The notes under the pieces: model-generated | What the model was told of the DNA's origin: nothing | Database searches by the model: none | Seen by the model: the letters and a program-made list of their open reading frames with translations, nothing else | Origin: a virus | DNA: 64,000 nt | Virus record (IMG/VR): IMGVR_UViG_3300023235_000015 | Span: 1-64,000 of that record | Strand: one strand, 5' to 3' | Translations under genes and position numbers: made by a program | Part shown: one piece after another, positions 1 to 11,500 of the stretch | Layout of the letters: each line of letters starts with the position of its first letter | Position numbering within the stretch: position 1 is the stretch's first letter

Positions 1-2
1 GT

Positions 3-644
3 TCCGCAGGAACCTACTTCGACGGCAGCGGTTACGTCAACGACACCGGCAACTGGATCAGCGACCCCGGAGGGCATGTTGGCTGGCTAGGGACGGCTCA
101 CGCTAGTGCTAGTGATAAGGGGTGCTTTGCGAACGGTACGACCCGTACCTTCATGGGTTGGGTGTACCAAGACACGGCAGGCACGACGCAGGTTGTGTGG
201 CGCAACAACGACCCGATCAGCTACAACGTCCCCTTCAGGATCAGCGCCACGGCGGGAACGCTGGAAGTGTTCATGAGCGCGACCATAGTTACATGGACCG
301 GGACCGGCTGGCTCGCGGGGCAATGGAATCACGTTGCGGTGGTCTGCGACGAACCGGGCAACCTTGCGACCATCTACCTGAACGGGGTCAGTCTGACAAC
401 GAAGGCTCACGCCGGTCAATGGGCCACGTCCTCGCTCGGCAACAGGTTCGAGGTGAACGGCTACGGAGGGCAATGGTTCGACGGCAAGCAGGCATGGGTA
501 TCAGTCCACGAGCGAGCGCTTACAGCAAATCAAATACTAACTGCTTTTCGAAGCGCACTTTATAATCCACCATCTTCAAAATTTGAAATAAACATAAATT
601 ATAATTCTACAGATATATCTATTGTTACGGGTCATGAGGCATAG
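3..644 (+). CDS. C-terminal part of a virion protein with a LamG/concanavalin-A-like domain (5' partial)
   Basis: The frame of ORF 153-644 is open back to nt 3 (SAGTYFDGSGY...). GQWNHVAVV...TIYLNGV and RALTANQI are LamG-like motifs. The segment is GC-rich. Confidence 0.7.
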   Translation, partial: SAGTYFDGSGYVNDTGNWISDPGGHVGWLGTAHASASDKGCFANGTTRTFMGWVYQDTAGTTQVVWRNNDPISYNVPFRISATAGTLEVFMSATIVTWTGTGWLAGQWNHVAVVCDEPGNLATIYLNGVSLTTKAHAGQWATSSLGNRFEVNGYGGQWFDGKQAWVSVHERALTANQILTAFRSALYNPPSSKFEININYNSTDISIVTGHEA

Positions 645-717
645 CTTTGATAATTTATAAAAATGCTCAATTATTGGTATCATATAGTATGACGGCAAAT
701 TTACTTAAGGACAAATA

Positions 718-1053
718 ATGAGTTTAACAATGAAACGCGGCGACACTTATCCGCCATTAGCTATAAACCTTACTTACATTGATGATAACAATGTAAGTCA
801 GCCTACCGATTTGCGCGACTCAACCGTAAAAATTATTATAAAGACTGCTTCTTTTGCCATTGTTTTAAGTGGAGTTACTTTATTTGATGGTCAAAATGGA
901 AAAATATCTTATAGCTGGCAAGCTGGTGATACAGACTTTAGTGGAACTTATGACGTTGAAGTTGAAGTAAATTGGCCGGGAGGATATCAAACATTTCCTA
1001 ATGATAGCTACGGAACTTTAATAATTATGCCTGATCTTGGTGGCGATGCTTAA
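718..1053 (+). CDS. BppU-N/Ig-like virion structural protein
   Basis: MKRGDTYPPL...GKISYSWQAGDTD..G.Y..E.EV.W..G..TFP pattern, SD AAGGA, structural context. Confidence 0.6.
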   Translation: MSLTMKRGDTYPPLAINLTYIDDNNVSQPTDLRDSTVKIIIKTASFAIVLSGVTLFDGQNGKISYSWQAGDTDFSGTYDVEVEVNWPGGYQTFPNDSYGTLIIMPDLGGDA

Positions 1054-1397
1054 TGATTATTAAACCAAAAAATGCTCCCTTTGATATAGACCTCAGTTTA
1101 GGAAATAATACTGAAAATGTTAATTATAAAGAAATTATTGTAAAAATAAAAAACAATAATAAAGTTATTAAAGAATTTACAGTTGATTCTCAATTTGCTA
1201 ACATTAAAGCACCAGAAGAATCAGGCAAATATAAAATTATTTGGTCACTAGAAAATAAAGAATATTCTACTGAATTATTAGTTACTAGCACTTTGTATCA
1301 TAAATTTAATGAATCTGAAATTCTTGAAAACGATACTAAATTAGAAGAAAAGAAAAAACAAGATAATGAATTTTATGGGCAGTTTAAAGGTAACTAA
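1053..1397 (+). CDS. hypothetical virion protein
   Basis: Translationally coupled ORF (TAATG overlaps) in the structural operon. Confidence 0.5.
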   Translation: MIIKPKNAPFDIDLSLGNNTENVNYKEIIVKIKNNNKVIKEFTVDSQFANIKAPEESGKYKIIWSLENKEYSTELLVTSTLYHKFNESEILENDTKLEEKKKQDNEFYGQFKGN

Positions 1398-2266
1398 TGA
1401 AAAATAGAATTATAGTTTATAATACAGAAATTGGTATTCCTTTAAACGACCAAATTACTAATAATAACAGAGCTTTTAATATTCCTATTAGTTCTACTGT
1501 AAGACTTAAGTTGCGCCAATGGGATTCTGATAGTATCTATATAGATTCTGCTGCTAGTATAATAAACGCTAGCTCGGGTCAAGTTAGATATATTTGGAAT
1601 GCTAATGACTTTATTATTCCGGGGCAATATATAGCTTGGTGGGAAATTAATTCATCTGGTATTATTTTTGAATCTGATGAATTTTCTATTATTATTGCAA
1701 CTCATGCGCCGGGTCTAGAAACTCGCACAGGTGCTATATATCACGCCGCAAAATCTTACCTGCCTATTACATGGGAACGTTTAGAAGAATCTGAACACTA
1801 TGGAGACAGACAGTTACAAAGCAAAGTAGAAATTGCGAAGCTTTCGCTGCTAGGTGTTGAAATTCTTGCAGAAGATGAAGCCGCTATGGATATTAGAGTA
1901 GCTAATTATATCGCTAAGATTGCTGTAATTTCTATAATACCTGCTGGTAAGGACTATTGGGCTTCTATGGTAAGCTCAAAGACTTCTGTTGGTACAGATG
2001 AGTCAGTTTCATATCCTGATAGAATTGAAATGCTGGATCAGCTACACGATCAACTAGTAGAAGAAATTGCTAAAGAACGTGACGATATTTCAGAACTTAT
2101 AGACTTACCAAACATTAGACGCGCTAACTCAGTACCTAGCGTATCTGATGGCACAGATGAAGGATACATTACGCCTAATCCACATACGCACTTTAGAGAT
2201 TATGGATTTCCAGTTAGAGGTAATACCTTACGCGGCAGAAACGCAGTTAGAGGGAGATTTTGGTAA
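1397..2266 (+). CDS. putative head-tail adaptor with N-terminal Ig-like domain
   Basis: N-terminus resembles ORF 718 (GQVRYIW...G.Y.AWW). C-terminal helical part has SVGTDESVSY. Lies upstream of the tail genes. Confidence 0.45.
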   Translation: MKNRIIVYNTEIGIPLNDQITNNNRAFNIPISSTVRLKLRQWDSDSIYIDSAASIINASSGQVRYIWNANDFIIPGQYIAWWEINSSGIIFESDEFSIIIATHAPGLETRTGAIYHAAKSYLPITWERLEESEHYGDRQLQSKVEIAKLSLLGVEILAEDEAAMDIRVANYIAKIAVISIIPAGKDYWASMVSSKTSVGTDESVSYPDRIEMLDQLHDQLVEEIAKERDDISELIDLPNIRRANSVPSVSDGTDEGYITPNPHTHFRDYGFPVRGNTLRGRNAVRGRFW

Positions 2267-2850
2267 TGGAACTTACTGAATCTGGATTTGGAACAGAACT
2301 TATTGAAACAGAAGCTATAAAAATTCTTTATAGTGAACTTAATACAGAACTTGTTAGTGTACAAGATAGGTGGGAATCAAGGGATCAAGAAGTTAATCAA
2401 CTAATTGGTGTAGAACCTATTACAGTTGAACAAGAATTAGTAATTGAAGGTAATTATTATTATGGACACACACCATCTTTGATTGAAGCGCCCATTGATA
2501 AATACCCAAATATTTGTGCTATATCAGATAATGCTGATCAATCAGAGAGCGGAATTGACCAAATGAATAATTACGCTGTTGGCTTAGCTATTGAAATTAT
2601 GTGTAAATCCCTATATAATGAGTCTGAGGTAAATAGACGAACAAATAGAACTTTAGAAGCAGTACATAACGTTATGATGCGTAATCAAACACTTAACGGA
2701 CTTATAGAAGGTTTTGATTCAGACCCTTCAGCTATCTTAACAGATGTTTTTACAAGAAGTGATCACCCGCAAGGTAATGATATAAAATGGTTTTGGAGAG
2801 CAGGACGCATTGATTATCAAATCACTAGAAACGCTTTAATACCGGAGTAA
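2260..2850 (+). CDS. putative tail terminator/completion protein
   Basis: Size and position before the major tail gene, YPNICA and RNQTLNG motifs. Confidence 0.45.
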   Translation: MVMELTESGFGTELIETEAIKILYSELNTELVSVQDRWESRDQEVNQLIGVEPITVEQELVIEGNYYYGHTPSLIEAPIDKYPNICAISDNADQSESGIDQMNNYAVGLAIEIMCKSLYNESEVNRRTNRTLEAVHNVMMRNQTLNGLIEGFDSDPSAILTDVFTRSDHPQGNDIKWFWRAGRIDYQITRNALIPE

Positions 2851-2854
2851 ATTT

Positions 2855-3151
2855 ATGAGCTATAAAAATAACGGACCTAAGAATACAAGTGCGGATTATC
2901 TTGTTGTAAATGGTTCAAGAGTTTATACAGGAGAAAAGTTTGAAGCATCTGACGAAGATGTAAGCAGTCTTTCAAAAAACTTTAACATTAAAAGCCTTAA
3001 GACTGAACATAAGGATGTAGTATCAACACCAAAAGATGAAGTTGTAAAGGTGGGTAGTATTCCTAAAGACAGTCAAGCACAATTTCAAACAGAAGAGGAT
3101 GCTTTAGCTAGTACCTCTAAAAATTCTAATCCAAATAAGGGGGTGAAATAA
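2855..3151 (+). CDS. hypothetical protein
   Basis: ORF in the structural operon. Confidence 0.5.
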   Translation: MSYKNNGPKNTSADYLVVNGSRVYTGEKFEASDEDVSSLSKNFNIKSLKTEHKDVVSTPKDEVVKVGSIPKDSQAQFQTEEDALASTSKNSNPNKGVK

Positions 3152-3154
3152 CAG

Positions 3155-3772
3155 ATGGCAGATTTCTATAAGACAGGATTAACAGACGATTGGGCTACAC
3201 TTAAAGGTGCCGCCCGTATTCTAGTTGCCGACATTGGACAGGCTTACCCTTCAGGTATTGACGATATTATCGTTGTAGCTTCAGGCGTAACTCAGTACAA
3301 CGCAAGAGCAGGTTGGGAGGATTTGGGAGCTACTAAAGGTGGCGTAACAGTCTCAACTAACCACACTGAAGAAACACTTTCAGTAGACCAGATATTTGGA
3401 GATATTTATTCTTCTCCTACATCATGGGAAGCGTCAGTACAGACAGCCCTAGCCGAAATGACTCTAGAACACCTTCAGCTAGTATGGGAAGGTTCAGCTA
3501 TTACGACTAACGGTGCTGGTGAACGTATTCTTGGATACGGACAGTCAGACGAGTATAAGCAGCGTCGTCTAGCAGTTCTATTCAAGAACGCTAGAACTGA
3601 TAAGATTCGCGCTACAGTAGTACGTATCGCGCAGCTACAGCCAGTAGAGTCAAGCATTGTTTTCAACCGTGAAGGCGATCAAATGACAATTCCGGTTCAG
3701 TTCAAAGCTCTAGCGGATACATCAATTGCTGATCCGAAGAGTCGTTTCTTCTTGACATTCGAGCAAGCGTAA
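3155..3772 (+). CDS. major tail (tube) protein
   Basis: DLGATKGGV, VDQ, LAEMTLEHL and IPVQFKA are tail-tube motifs. Strong SD, highly biased codons, followed by a terminator. Confidence 0.85.
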   Translation: MADFYKTGLTDDWATLKGAARILVADIGQAYPSGIDDIIVVASGVTQYNARAGWEDLGATKGGVTVSTNHTEETLSVDQIFGDIYSSPTSWEASVQTALAEMTLEHLQLVWEGSAITTNGAGERILGYGQSDEYKQRRLAVLFKNARTDKIRATVVRIAQLQPVESSIVFNREGDQMTIPVQFKALADTSIADPKSRFFLTFEQA

Positions 3773-3812
3773 CAGTTACATCTGTTATTTTGCTAGCTAA
3801 AGCAGCATTAAG

Positions 3813-3855
3813 AAAAGGGGTTGGTAATCGAAAGGTTGCCAGCCCCTTTATTTTT
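3813..3855 (+). terminator. intrinsic terminator
   Basis: AAAAGGGGTTGGTAATC-GAAA-GGTTGCCAGCCCCTTT followed by ATTTTT. Confidence 0.85.
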
Positions 3856-3866
3856 ACAGGATAATT

Positions 3867-4421
3867 ATGGGGAATATTTCTATAACAACTGACGCAAGTT
3901 ATCCAATTATGTTTAGCTCAGACAACCGTTCTGCTGCTCAACAAGAATGGATTGATATGTATGTTAGAAAATACGTAAATGATCAGAGAGACTTTTTTAA
4001 GAAAGTCTATAAAATCCATGCTCCAAGGGGTGAATTAGGTCTACTAAGGTCCAGAGGACTTAAATGGACTAGAAAGATACGTGAAATTGATCACGCTGGT
4101 AGCGGCAATACTTATTGGCATAATTTACAACTTGCCCCTATTAAAGATTCTAGAATTAGGTGGCAAGAAAGTGACTATCCTTTTTGGGTAAACTATGGCA
4201 CAACTGATCCTATTACCCCACGCGCTATGGGTAATGTAATGAGACTACGTAATAAAAAAACTGGAATACCATACGCTACAGCGAGTTCAGTAGCAGGCCA
4301 GCCGCCTCAACTATTTTGGGAGAAGTCTATTAGGCTTACTAAAACTAACTTTGGCGGCATTGAAAAATATAACCTTGGTAGAAAGATTGCTAAAATTATA
4401 GCAACTGGTGAAAGGCTATAG
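3867..4421 (+). CDS. HK97 gp10-like tail completion protein
   Basis: AP...G.LRS, Y..WVNYGT and GQPPQ.F motifs. Confidence 0.6.
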   Translation: MGNISITTDASYPIMFSSDNRSAAQQEWIDMYVRKYVNDQRDFFKKVYKIHAPRGELGLLRSRGLKWTRKIREIDHAGSGNTYWHNLQLAPIKDSRIRWQESDYPFWVNYGTTDPITPRAMGNVMRLRNKKTGIPYATASSVAGQPPQLFWEKSIRLTKTNFGGIEKYNLGRKIAKIIATGERL

Positions 4422-4500
4422 TAGCTTATTAGCTGACTTCTTGGTATAATCTATATAGAAACTTAAACAACAACTTGTCTGAAAATCAAAGGAGGACAAA

Positions 4501-5133
4501 TTGAGTACCGAAGTAGAAACAGAAGTAACAGAGGAAGAATCAGTAGTACAGGAAGCGCCTGTTGCAGTTAAAGATGAACTTTCAGATTTTGAAAAACAGG
4601 TAGCAATTCTAGATACAGTATCTAATGAAGTTACTGTAACACTAGTACACCCTGTTACTGAAGAAACAAAAGATTTTATTCAGAAGGAACTAGCTTTCAT
4701 TCCTAAGACTAGGCTTCTAAGTCTAGTAGCTACAACTCTACGTGCTGCTTCTGATAGCGACGGAAATATTGGAGAGGTAGTGTCAGATATGTTTGGTGGC
4801 GTAAATAACCTTATTGGTCAGGGCGTTGATCCTGAAGATGCTGAGTCATTTGCGACTAACCAGTTTCTAGATGTAATTCTGCGCCTAGTTGAAATCACTC
4901 CCGATTTCCTAGACCAGCTATATCTATTAGTTCTTGGCGCGAAACCAAAGGATCGTCAGTGGGTAGTAGACTCATTAGAAGTTATTGACGATGAACAGGG
5001 TGTAGCAATTCTAGACACAGCTATTGCTCAGAACGGGGAGGCTTTGAAGAGTTTTTTCGACCAACATCTACGAAAAATAGCGACCAGAGTACAGACTCTA
5101 GCGGCGAGCGAAAAGGCTACGGCGCAGGAGTAA
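4501..5133 (+). CDS. tail assembly chaperone (gpG-like)
   Basis: TTG start with SD GGAGG, acidic protein upstream of the tape measure, slippery site near its 3' end. Confidence 0.8.
   Translation: MSTEVETEVTEEESVVQEAPVAVKDELSDFEKQVAILDTVSNEVTVTLVHPVTEETKDFIQKELAFIPKTRLLSLVATTLRAASDSDGNIGEVVSDMFGGVNNLIGQGVDPEDAESFATNQFLDVILRLVEITPDFLDQLYLLVLGAKPKDRQWVVDSLEVIDDEQGVAILDTAIAQNGEALKSFFDQHLRKIATRVQTLAASEKATAQE
5052..5058 (+). other. -1 programmed frameshift site T TTT TTC (gpG/gpGT)
   Basis: In-frame X XXY YYZ heptamer. The -1 frame is open through to ORF 5145-5513. Confidence 0.8.
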
Positions 5134-5144
5134 GGAACTATAAC

Positions 5145-5513
5145 TTGATAGAGACAGTCGAAGCTTTTTCAGCGGATCATAACGAAAGTATTGATACTAT
5201 GCTATTTGACTGGCCTGCATCAAAGTTTGAAGGTCTTTACGAAGCATACTCTAGAAGAAAGATTGCGGATAGCCTTAGTGCTAGACGGGATTCTGAGATT
5301 GCTAATCTTTGGGGCAACCCAAACCTAGATCAAAGTGAGAAGCCTAGTCTAAGGCAGGATATGATGGAAGCTGTTGATAAACAGTTTTCAACTGCTATTG
5401 CTGCTCTTTATGGAGAAATTACTGAGGAAGAAGTTGATTGGGATGATCCATTCTTAGCACCTGCTAAGAAGTCAATTGAAAACATGAAACTACCAAAGCC
5501 TGATAGCGAGTAA
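5145..5513 (+). CDS. tail assembly chaperone frameshift extension (gpT-like)
   Basis: In the -1 frame relative to 4501, contiguous from the slippery site, immediately before the tape measure. Confidence 0.75.
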   Translation: MIETVEAFSADHNESIDTMLFDWPASKFEGLYEAYSRRKIADSLSARRDSEIANLWGNPNLDQSEKPSLRQDMMEAVDKQFSTAIAALYGEITEEEVDWDDPFLAPAKKSIENMKLPKPDSE

Positions 5514-5518
5514 TAGAT

Positions 5519-8500
5519 ATGGCTAAATCTGATACTACAACTTTAACATTAATTTTAAACGCTATAAATAATATCTCACCGGAGACTGAAGATGCGCGTA
5601 AAAGTCTTGCTCAACTAAGAAAAGACTTAGAGGACGCAAATAAGCGCCAAGAGGATATAGACAAGCAGCGTGGTAAAGATTCTGATGCTATTAATAAACA
5701 AGCTGATTCAACTAACAAGCTTACTGACTCTCAAAAAAAGTTAAATGATGAGCAAGAACGAAGTGCAATCTTAGATGAAAAAATTAAGAATACTACTTCT
5801 AGAATGGAAGATAACGCTGATCAACTAAAAAGTTTAAATGAAGCTCTAAAAAGAGCGTCAGTAAGCAGACAAGAGGCAGCTAAGTGGAAAAGAATCGCTG
5901 CTGGTTATTATAAAGATGAAAATTCTACTAGTACAATAACTAAATTTACGCCTGACAAGAATGATGGCTATGGCTCTGGACCAAGATGGATTATAGAAAA
6001 TGACGATGGAAACTATAGCGATCCATTTAATACTTATAAAGAAGCTAAAGAAGATTATGATAGTTGGGTAAGTTCTAATCGTGTTTCAGAAAGAGTAAGT
6101 TATAAAAAACTTATTGCTCGTATGGAAGATTCTCAAAATAACTATGTAAGTAGTTTACAAGAACACGTTAATGAAATAAAGAAAATACAAAATGATCAGA
6201 TAAAAAATGAACAAAATACAACAAAACAAATAAATTCAGAATTAGCTAAGAGAGCAGACCTAGTTGGCGGCGGGTCTGGTGGTAGCGGTGGTTCTGGTGG
6301 TAGTGGTGGCGGCGGGTCTGGTGGTAGTGGTGATTCTGATGAAGAAGATGAGAGAAATAGAAGAATTAGACAGCTTAAAGTTGCTAGCTTAAGAGGTAAG
6401 CTAGGTAGGCTTGCTAACCAAACACAGGAAATGCGTAATCAGTATAGGGGTGGCGGCTCTATAGAAAGTGAGCTTCTAATAGACGAATGGGCTGCTAAAG
6501 CTAAAGCTATTCATGATGAATTAGACGCAATGGGTGAATCTTATGATGATATCATGGATAAGGCTAGAAGAAATCAAATTCATACAGAGTCCTTTGGCAA
6601 GAAGCATACTGCCGCGCTTAAAATGGATAGAAAGATTGAAGAAGATAAGGGCGCAGCATTTCTTCATATTGCTGACACACAAGAAGATAGTTACAAAAAA
6701 TCAATTGAGTTTGGCAAAGAAAATCTTACACTTACACAGGCTGCTACTAAAGTTGAAAAAGAACTTAGTAAACAAAGGTTGCTTGAAGGCAAGCAGGTTC
6801 AAGGCGACCTTAAAGAACAAGGCAAACTAGATAACCAAAACTCTGAGGCTAGGGACAAAGCGCACCGCGAGAGGCAAAAAGCCGAACAACGTATGGGCAG
6901 CACTATTGAATCAATCAATACCCGTACTGAAAAGCACATTGACGATCAAGTTGCTGGAACCAATAAGATTGCCCAAGAGCGCAAAAAGCTTGCTAAGCTT
7001 CTTGTTGAAGAACATGATCTTATTAAGAAAGGCGGCGATCAACTTGATAAAGATGCTAACAAAACCGCACAGGAAGTTTCTAGAAGGGCTATTACTAAAA
7101 GGGGAGGAAAGTATGATGATCTTGGCGGCATAGCTGATAATGTAATTGCTGAAAGGGACCGCTCAATTGCCGCAGCTAAAGCTGAAGCTGAAGCAACTAA
7201 AATTGCTAATAGGGAAAGAGCTAAATCTATAGCTGTAGAGAAAGAAGTTGCTAAAGCTAAGAAAAAAACTAATAAGGAAACTGATAGACAAAGTAGTTTA
7301 TTTAATGATGTAATAAATAATTGGAGAATAACTGCTAGGGCTGGTGGCGATCTTTCACGTAGGCTAGGTCGTCTAGGACTAGCTGTTCGTGGTCTAGCTA
7401 TCGTTGGTATTTTAGTATTTGCTCGTTCTCTAGTTGCTGCCCTATCAGCACTTGCTGGTTCTGCTATATCTCTAGCAGGCTCATTAATTTATGCTGCTGG
7501 TGCGTTAGGTGGAGTTTTTACCGCTGCTGTAGCACAAGCTATACCAGTAGTCGGGCTGTTAGCAACGGCTATGAGCAGGCTATCAGCTATTCAAGAGGCT
7601 GTCAAACAAAGCGACTTATTGAAAAAGCAACAGTTTGGTGATACTGGTGCTGAAGAAGCCGCAATTGATAATACTGATCAGATTGCTGATGCTAACCGCG
7701 CATTACAAGAAGCACAAGAAGGAGTTACTGAGGCGCGTAAGGATGCTAAGAAAGAACTTCAAGAACTTATCTATAAAGAGCGCGAAGCTGAATTAGCTCT
7801 AAGAGGATCAGTTCTTTCACAGGCAGACGCACAAAGAGCTTTAAGAGAGTCTATACGTGGTGGCGATGTTGAAGGAATAGCACAAGCTCAGTTAGATATA
7901 GATACTACAAGATTTGATACTGGTCAGTCACGTAGAAACTTAAGAGATGTTCGTAAAGAACGTAAACTTGGTAAACGGAATGGAGTTAATGGTGACGATG
8001 GAGTAAAAGACGCTATAAAGGCTGTAGCTGATGCTCAGCGTAATTTAGCTGACGCTCACAAGACTGCTGCAACTGCTGCTGATACTCAAAGTGCCGCTAC
8101 AGATAATCTAGCTTATTTCTTGTCTAAACTTTCTCCTGCTGAAAAAGCTTTATTCAAACAACTACAATCTTTCAAGGCTAGATTTGCTAAAGCTACTAGA
8201 CCTATTACAGATATTATTATTAGGTCTTTTGGTGATGGATTACAAAATGTAGAAAAACTTTTATTCAATCCTAAAATTCTTAAAGCTTTTACTGCTCTTG
8301 CTACAGTTGTTGGCAACCAGATTGAAAGAATTTCTAAAGTCTTAACAAATTCAGGATTTACAAGATTCTTTGAAGAAACAATTGGTGAATCATCTAAAAA
8401 CTTTCCAACAATTGTCTCAATGTTCTTGGAGCTTGCTAAGGTATTTAGAAACATTGCGACAGCTTCAGCGCCAGTACTAACTGAATTTCTAAAATTCTTT

Positions 8501-11500
8501 TTAGAGGAACTAACTCAATTAACTGATGCTACGTCTGATACCAATAGCTTAAGCGATTTCTTTTCTACAGGGCTAGAACACTTCAAGGCTTGGTATCACC
8601 TAATTGGAGCAGTAATTGGCCTCTTTGGGGAGTTGATGGGCGCAAGCGGCGACAGCGCGTTAGGAACGCTTACAACGCTTACAGGGGTAATAAACGACGC
8701 TAAGGACGCGCTCTCATCAGACGACTCGGGCGCTAAGAACTTTTTTGAAGATGCTGCTAAATCAATGGAGTACATTGGTAGCGTAATAGTAGAAATTGGT
8801 AAAGCATTTATTGAACTATCTGGAAGTGTACATGTAAAAGCTTTGGCAGACATTTTAAATAAAGTTCTTATCCCCGGATTTGTACAAGGTATCGAATTAG
8901 TTGGAGTGTTCGCACTTGGTATTGACAAGCTAATTGAGATACCTCTAATTGGTCACTTCTTAAAGTGGGCAGTTGCTATTACTATTTTTGGTGCTGCTTG
9001 GTCCTCTATGTTTGCGCTTTTCAAGCCATTTTACTTATTGTTCAAAGGCTTTAGTACTATAATTGGTAGAGTTGCTGTTATGCTTGGCGGCACAATTCTA
9101 AAAGCCACTGAAGGCTTTAGAATGAGCTTACTTAAAATTTGGGGAGCATCAGGTAAGGCTAACAGCTTCTTTGGTTTATTTAGAGCTTTATTGGGCGAAT
9201 TTTTTAGAACCCTTACAAAGAGCGGAGGCTTTATACGTATCTTTACTAAAGGGTTGGCGGGTATTCCTATAGTTGGTTGGGCTATAGCTGCTGGAATAGA
9301 AATAGTTATTGGGGCTATAAATGCACTAAAGGAAAACTTCCTTGGAATTAGAGATATACTTATAGACAATCTTAAAGGTATTTGGAAAGAAGTTAAAGCT
9401 ATTTTTGGAGATATTGGAGATTCTGTAAAAAGTATAGGAGAAATTTTTGGAGCAGTAGCTAGTGGCGATTCAGGATTTGCTCAATTTCTTAAAGTAATAT
9501 TTAATATCATAGCATGGATTGGTAAACTAGCAGGAACTATCGCGCTGATGGCAATTATTAATACCATACTTGTTCCTCTAAAGGGCTTCCTTAGAGCAAT
9601 TAGAGCTATTACTAAAGCTATTGCTGCGTGGATTGATAATATAGCTCAGCTTGTAAACGGAGAAATTACCTTTGGCGAATTCTTAAAAAATATTGGCAAG
9701 ATACTTCTTACATTTGTATTTGATATTTTGAAAGCTGCTGGCGGTATTGTTTGGGATTCACTAAAAAATATTGGTAAGTTAGTTTGGAATGCGCTAGGTG
9801 ATGGATTGCGCAATGTATTTTCTGGTATTGCCCAAACAGTTCTTGATGGATTTATTAGCGGAATTAATTGGATTATTGACGCAATCAATGTTGCTATTGA
9901 TGCTTATAATAAACTACCTATTGGTGACGTTGATAGAGTTGGTAAAGTAGAAACTAGCGGTGAAAGAGCCGCTAGAAAAGCAAACGAAGCTAAACTTAAT
10001 GCGGCGGGTAATAGAGGCAGAGGTTCAGGGCTTGGCGACAGTTCAAAGAAAAACGATGAAGCTGATGCTAAAGCAAAAGACAAAAAAACTAAAGCTAATA
10101 AAAGAGCTACAACTGCTGAAAACTTCAACCATAAAGCAATGCTTAGGTCGGGTGGCGCTTCTAAGAAAAATATTGTAACTAATAACCAGCTTAGCAAAGC
10201 TCTTGATAAATCATCTAAAGCGTCTAGACGAGCGCAAAGACTACAGAAGGCAATGGCAGAGGCGGCGGATACAGCATCTAAGCGACAGAGAAATTATGCT
10301 AGATCAGTAGCGGCTACAGCTAATGCCGAAGCGCGTTTGGCTAAAGTTCTAAAGAATAGCAAAGGCTCACGTACTGATTCTAATGTAGCCGATAGTAACT
10401 CTGTAAAGATTAAGGGTAATCTTTCAGATGCTACTAAGTCAGCTATGAGTATTCAACAGAGATTTACTAGTGCTACTAGATCAGGGACAAAAGCTCGCGG
10501 CGTATATAACTCTAATCTTGTAAAAGGAATTAAGCATACAGACAATTACGAGGCAGCAGCCTTTAAAGCTACTAAAACAACTAACTTAGAAACTGCCGCT
10601 ATTAGAGGTCTATCTAAAAAAATGGGCGCTCTAAATACAGTATTGAAAGTAACTGGTGAAAATTCACGCGCTCTTGGAATGGTGTTTAAGCAAGTAACAA
10701 ACAAAATTCTTACACAGTTTAATGTTGATCCTATTAAGGTTGATTTACCAGAAGTTAGCGGAATGTTTAAACAAGCTACTTCTGATACTGGATTTGCTAA
10801 GGGTGGTTACTTTGGCCGTAAGGGTGAACGTAAGCCAGATGATCGTCATGTAAAAGTAGCTGGCGGCGAAGCTTTCTTAACAGGCGCACAACAAAGAGAA
10901 ACTGATAGAGCTTTTGCTGTAGCTAACTCTGTAGGTGGCTCACCTTATAACTCACTAGATAATCTTTTCCAGAAAGAAAATCGCGCTCATGCTGGTACTG
11001 GTCATTCTGGTAATAGTAATTTTAATAGGGGCGGTAGAAATTCACGCAGAGCTAATGCTGGTGGACAGTCAATTATAATTCCTAAAAGTGTTCCTGACGC
11101 TATGGGCGCTCTGCCGGGTCTAGACTTGATGGGCTACCTAGCCAATCAGTATTTTGGTGTTGGAGTAACAAGTGGTATTAGAGGCGCAGGAACGTTAACT
11201 AGTTCTGGTAATGTTTCAGATCATTCATGGGGCGGTGCTATTGATATTTCAAACGGTTCAAGCCCAACCCCTGAAATGGACGCAGCTTGGCAATGGTTCG
11301 CTAATGTTCTAGGTAATGGCGGCTCATGGGTAGAAAATTATTCTGGTGGCGCAATTAAACAAATGCTTTACCGTACTAATATTGGCGGAAACCACTTCGA
11401 CCATATCCATCTTGCCCTACAGGAACAGTACGCTAATAGTACTGCGGCTCTAACTGAAATTCTTACAGGACAAGCAATACCTGTTTCTTCTGGCGGCATA

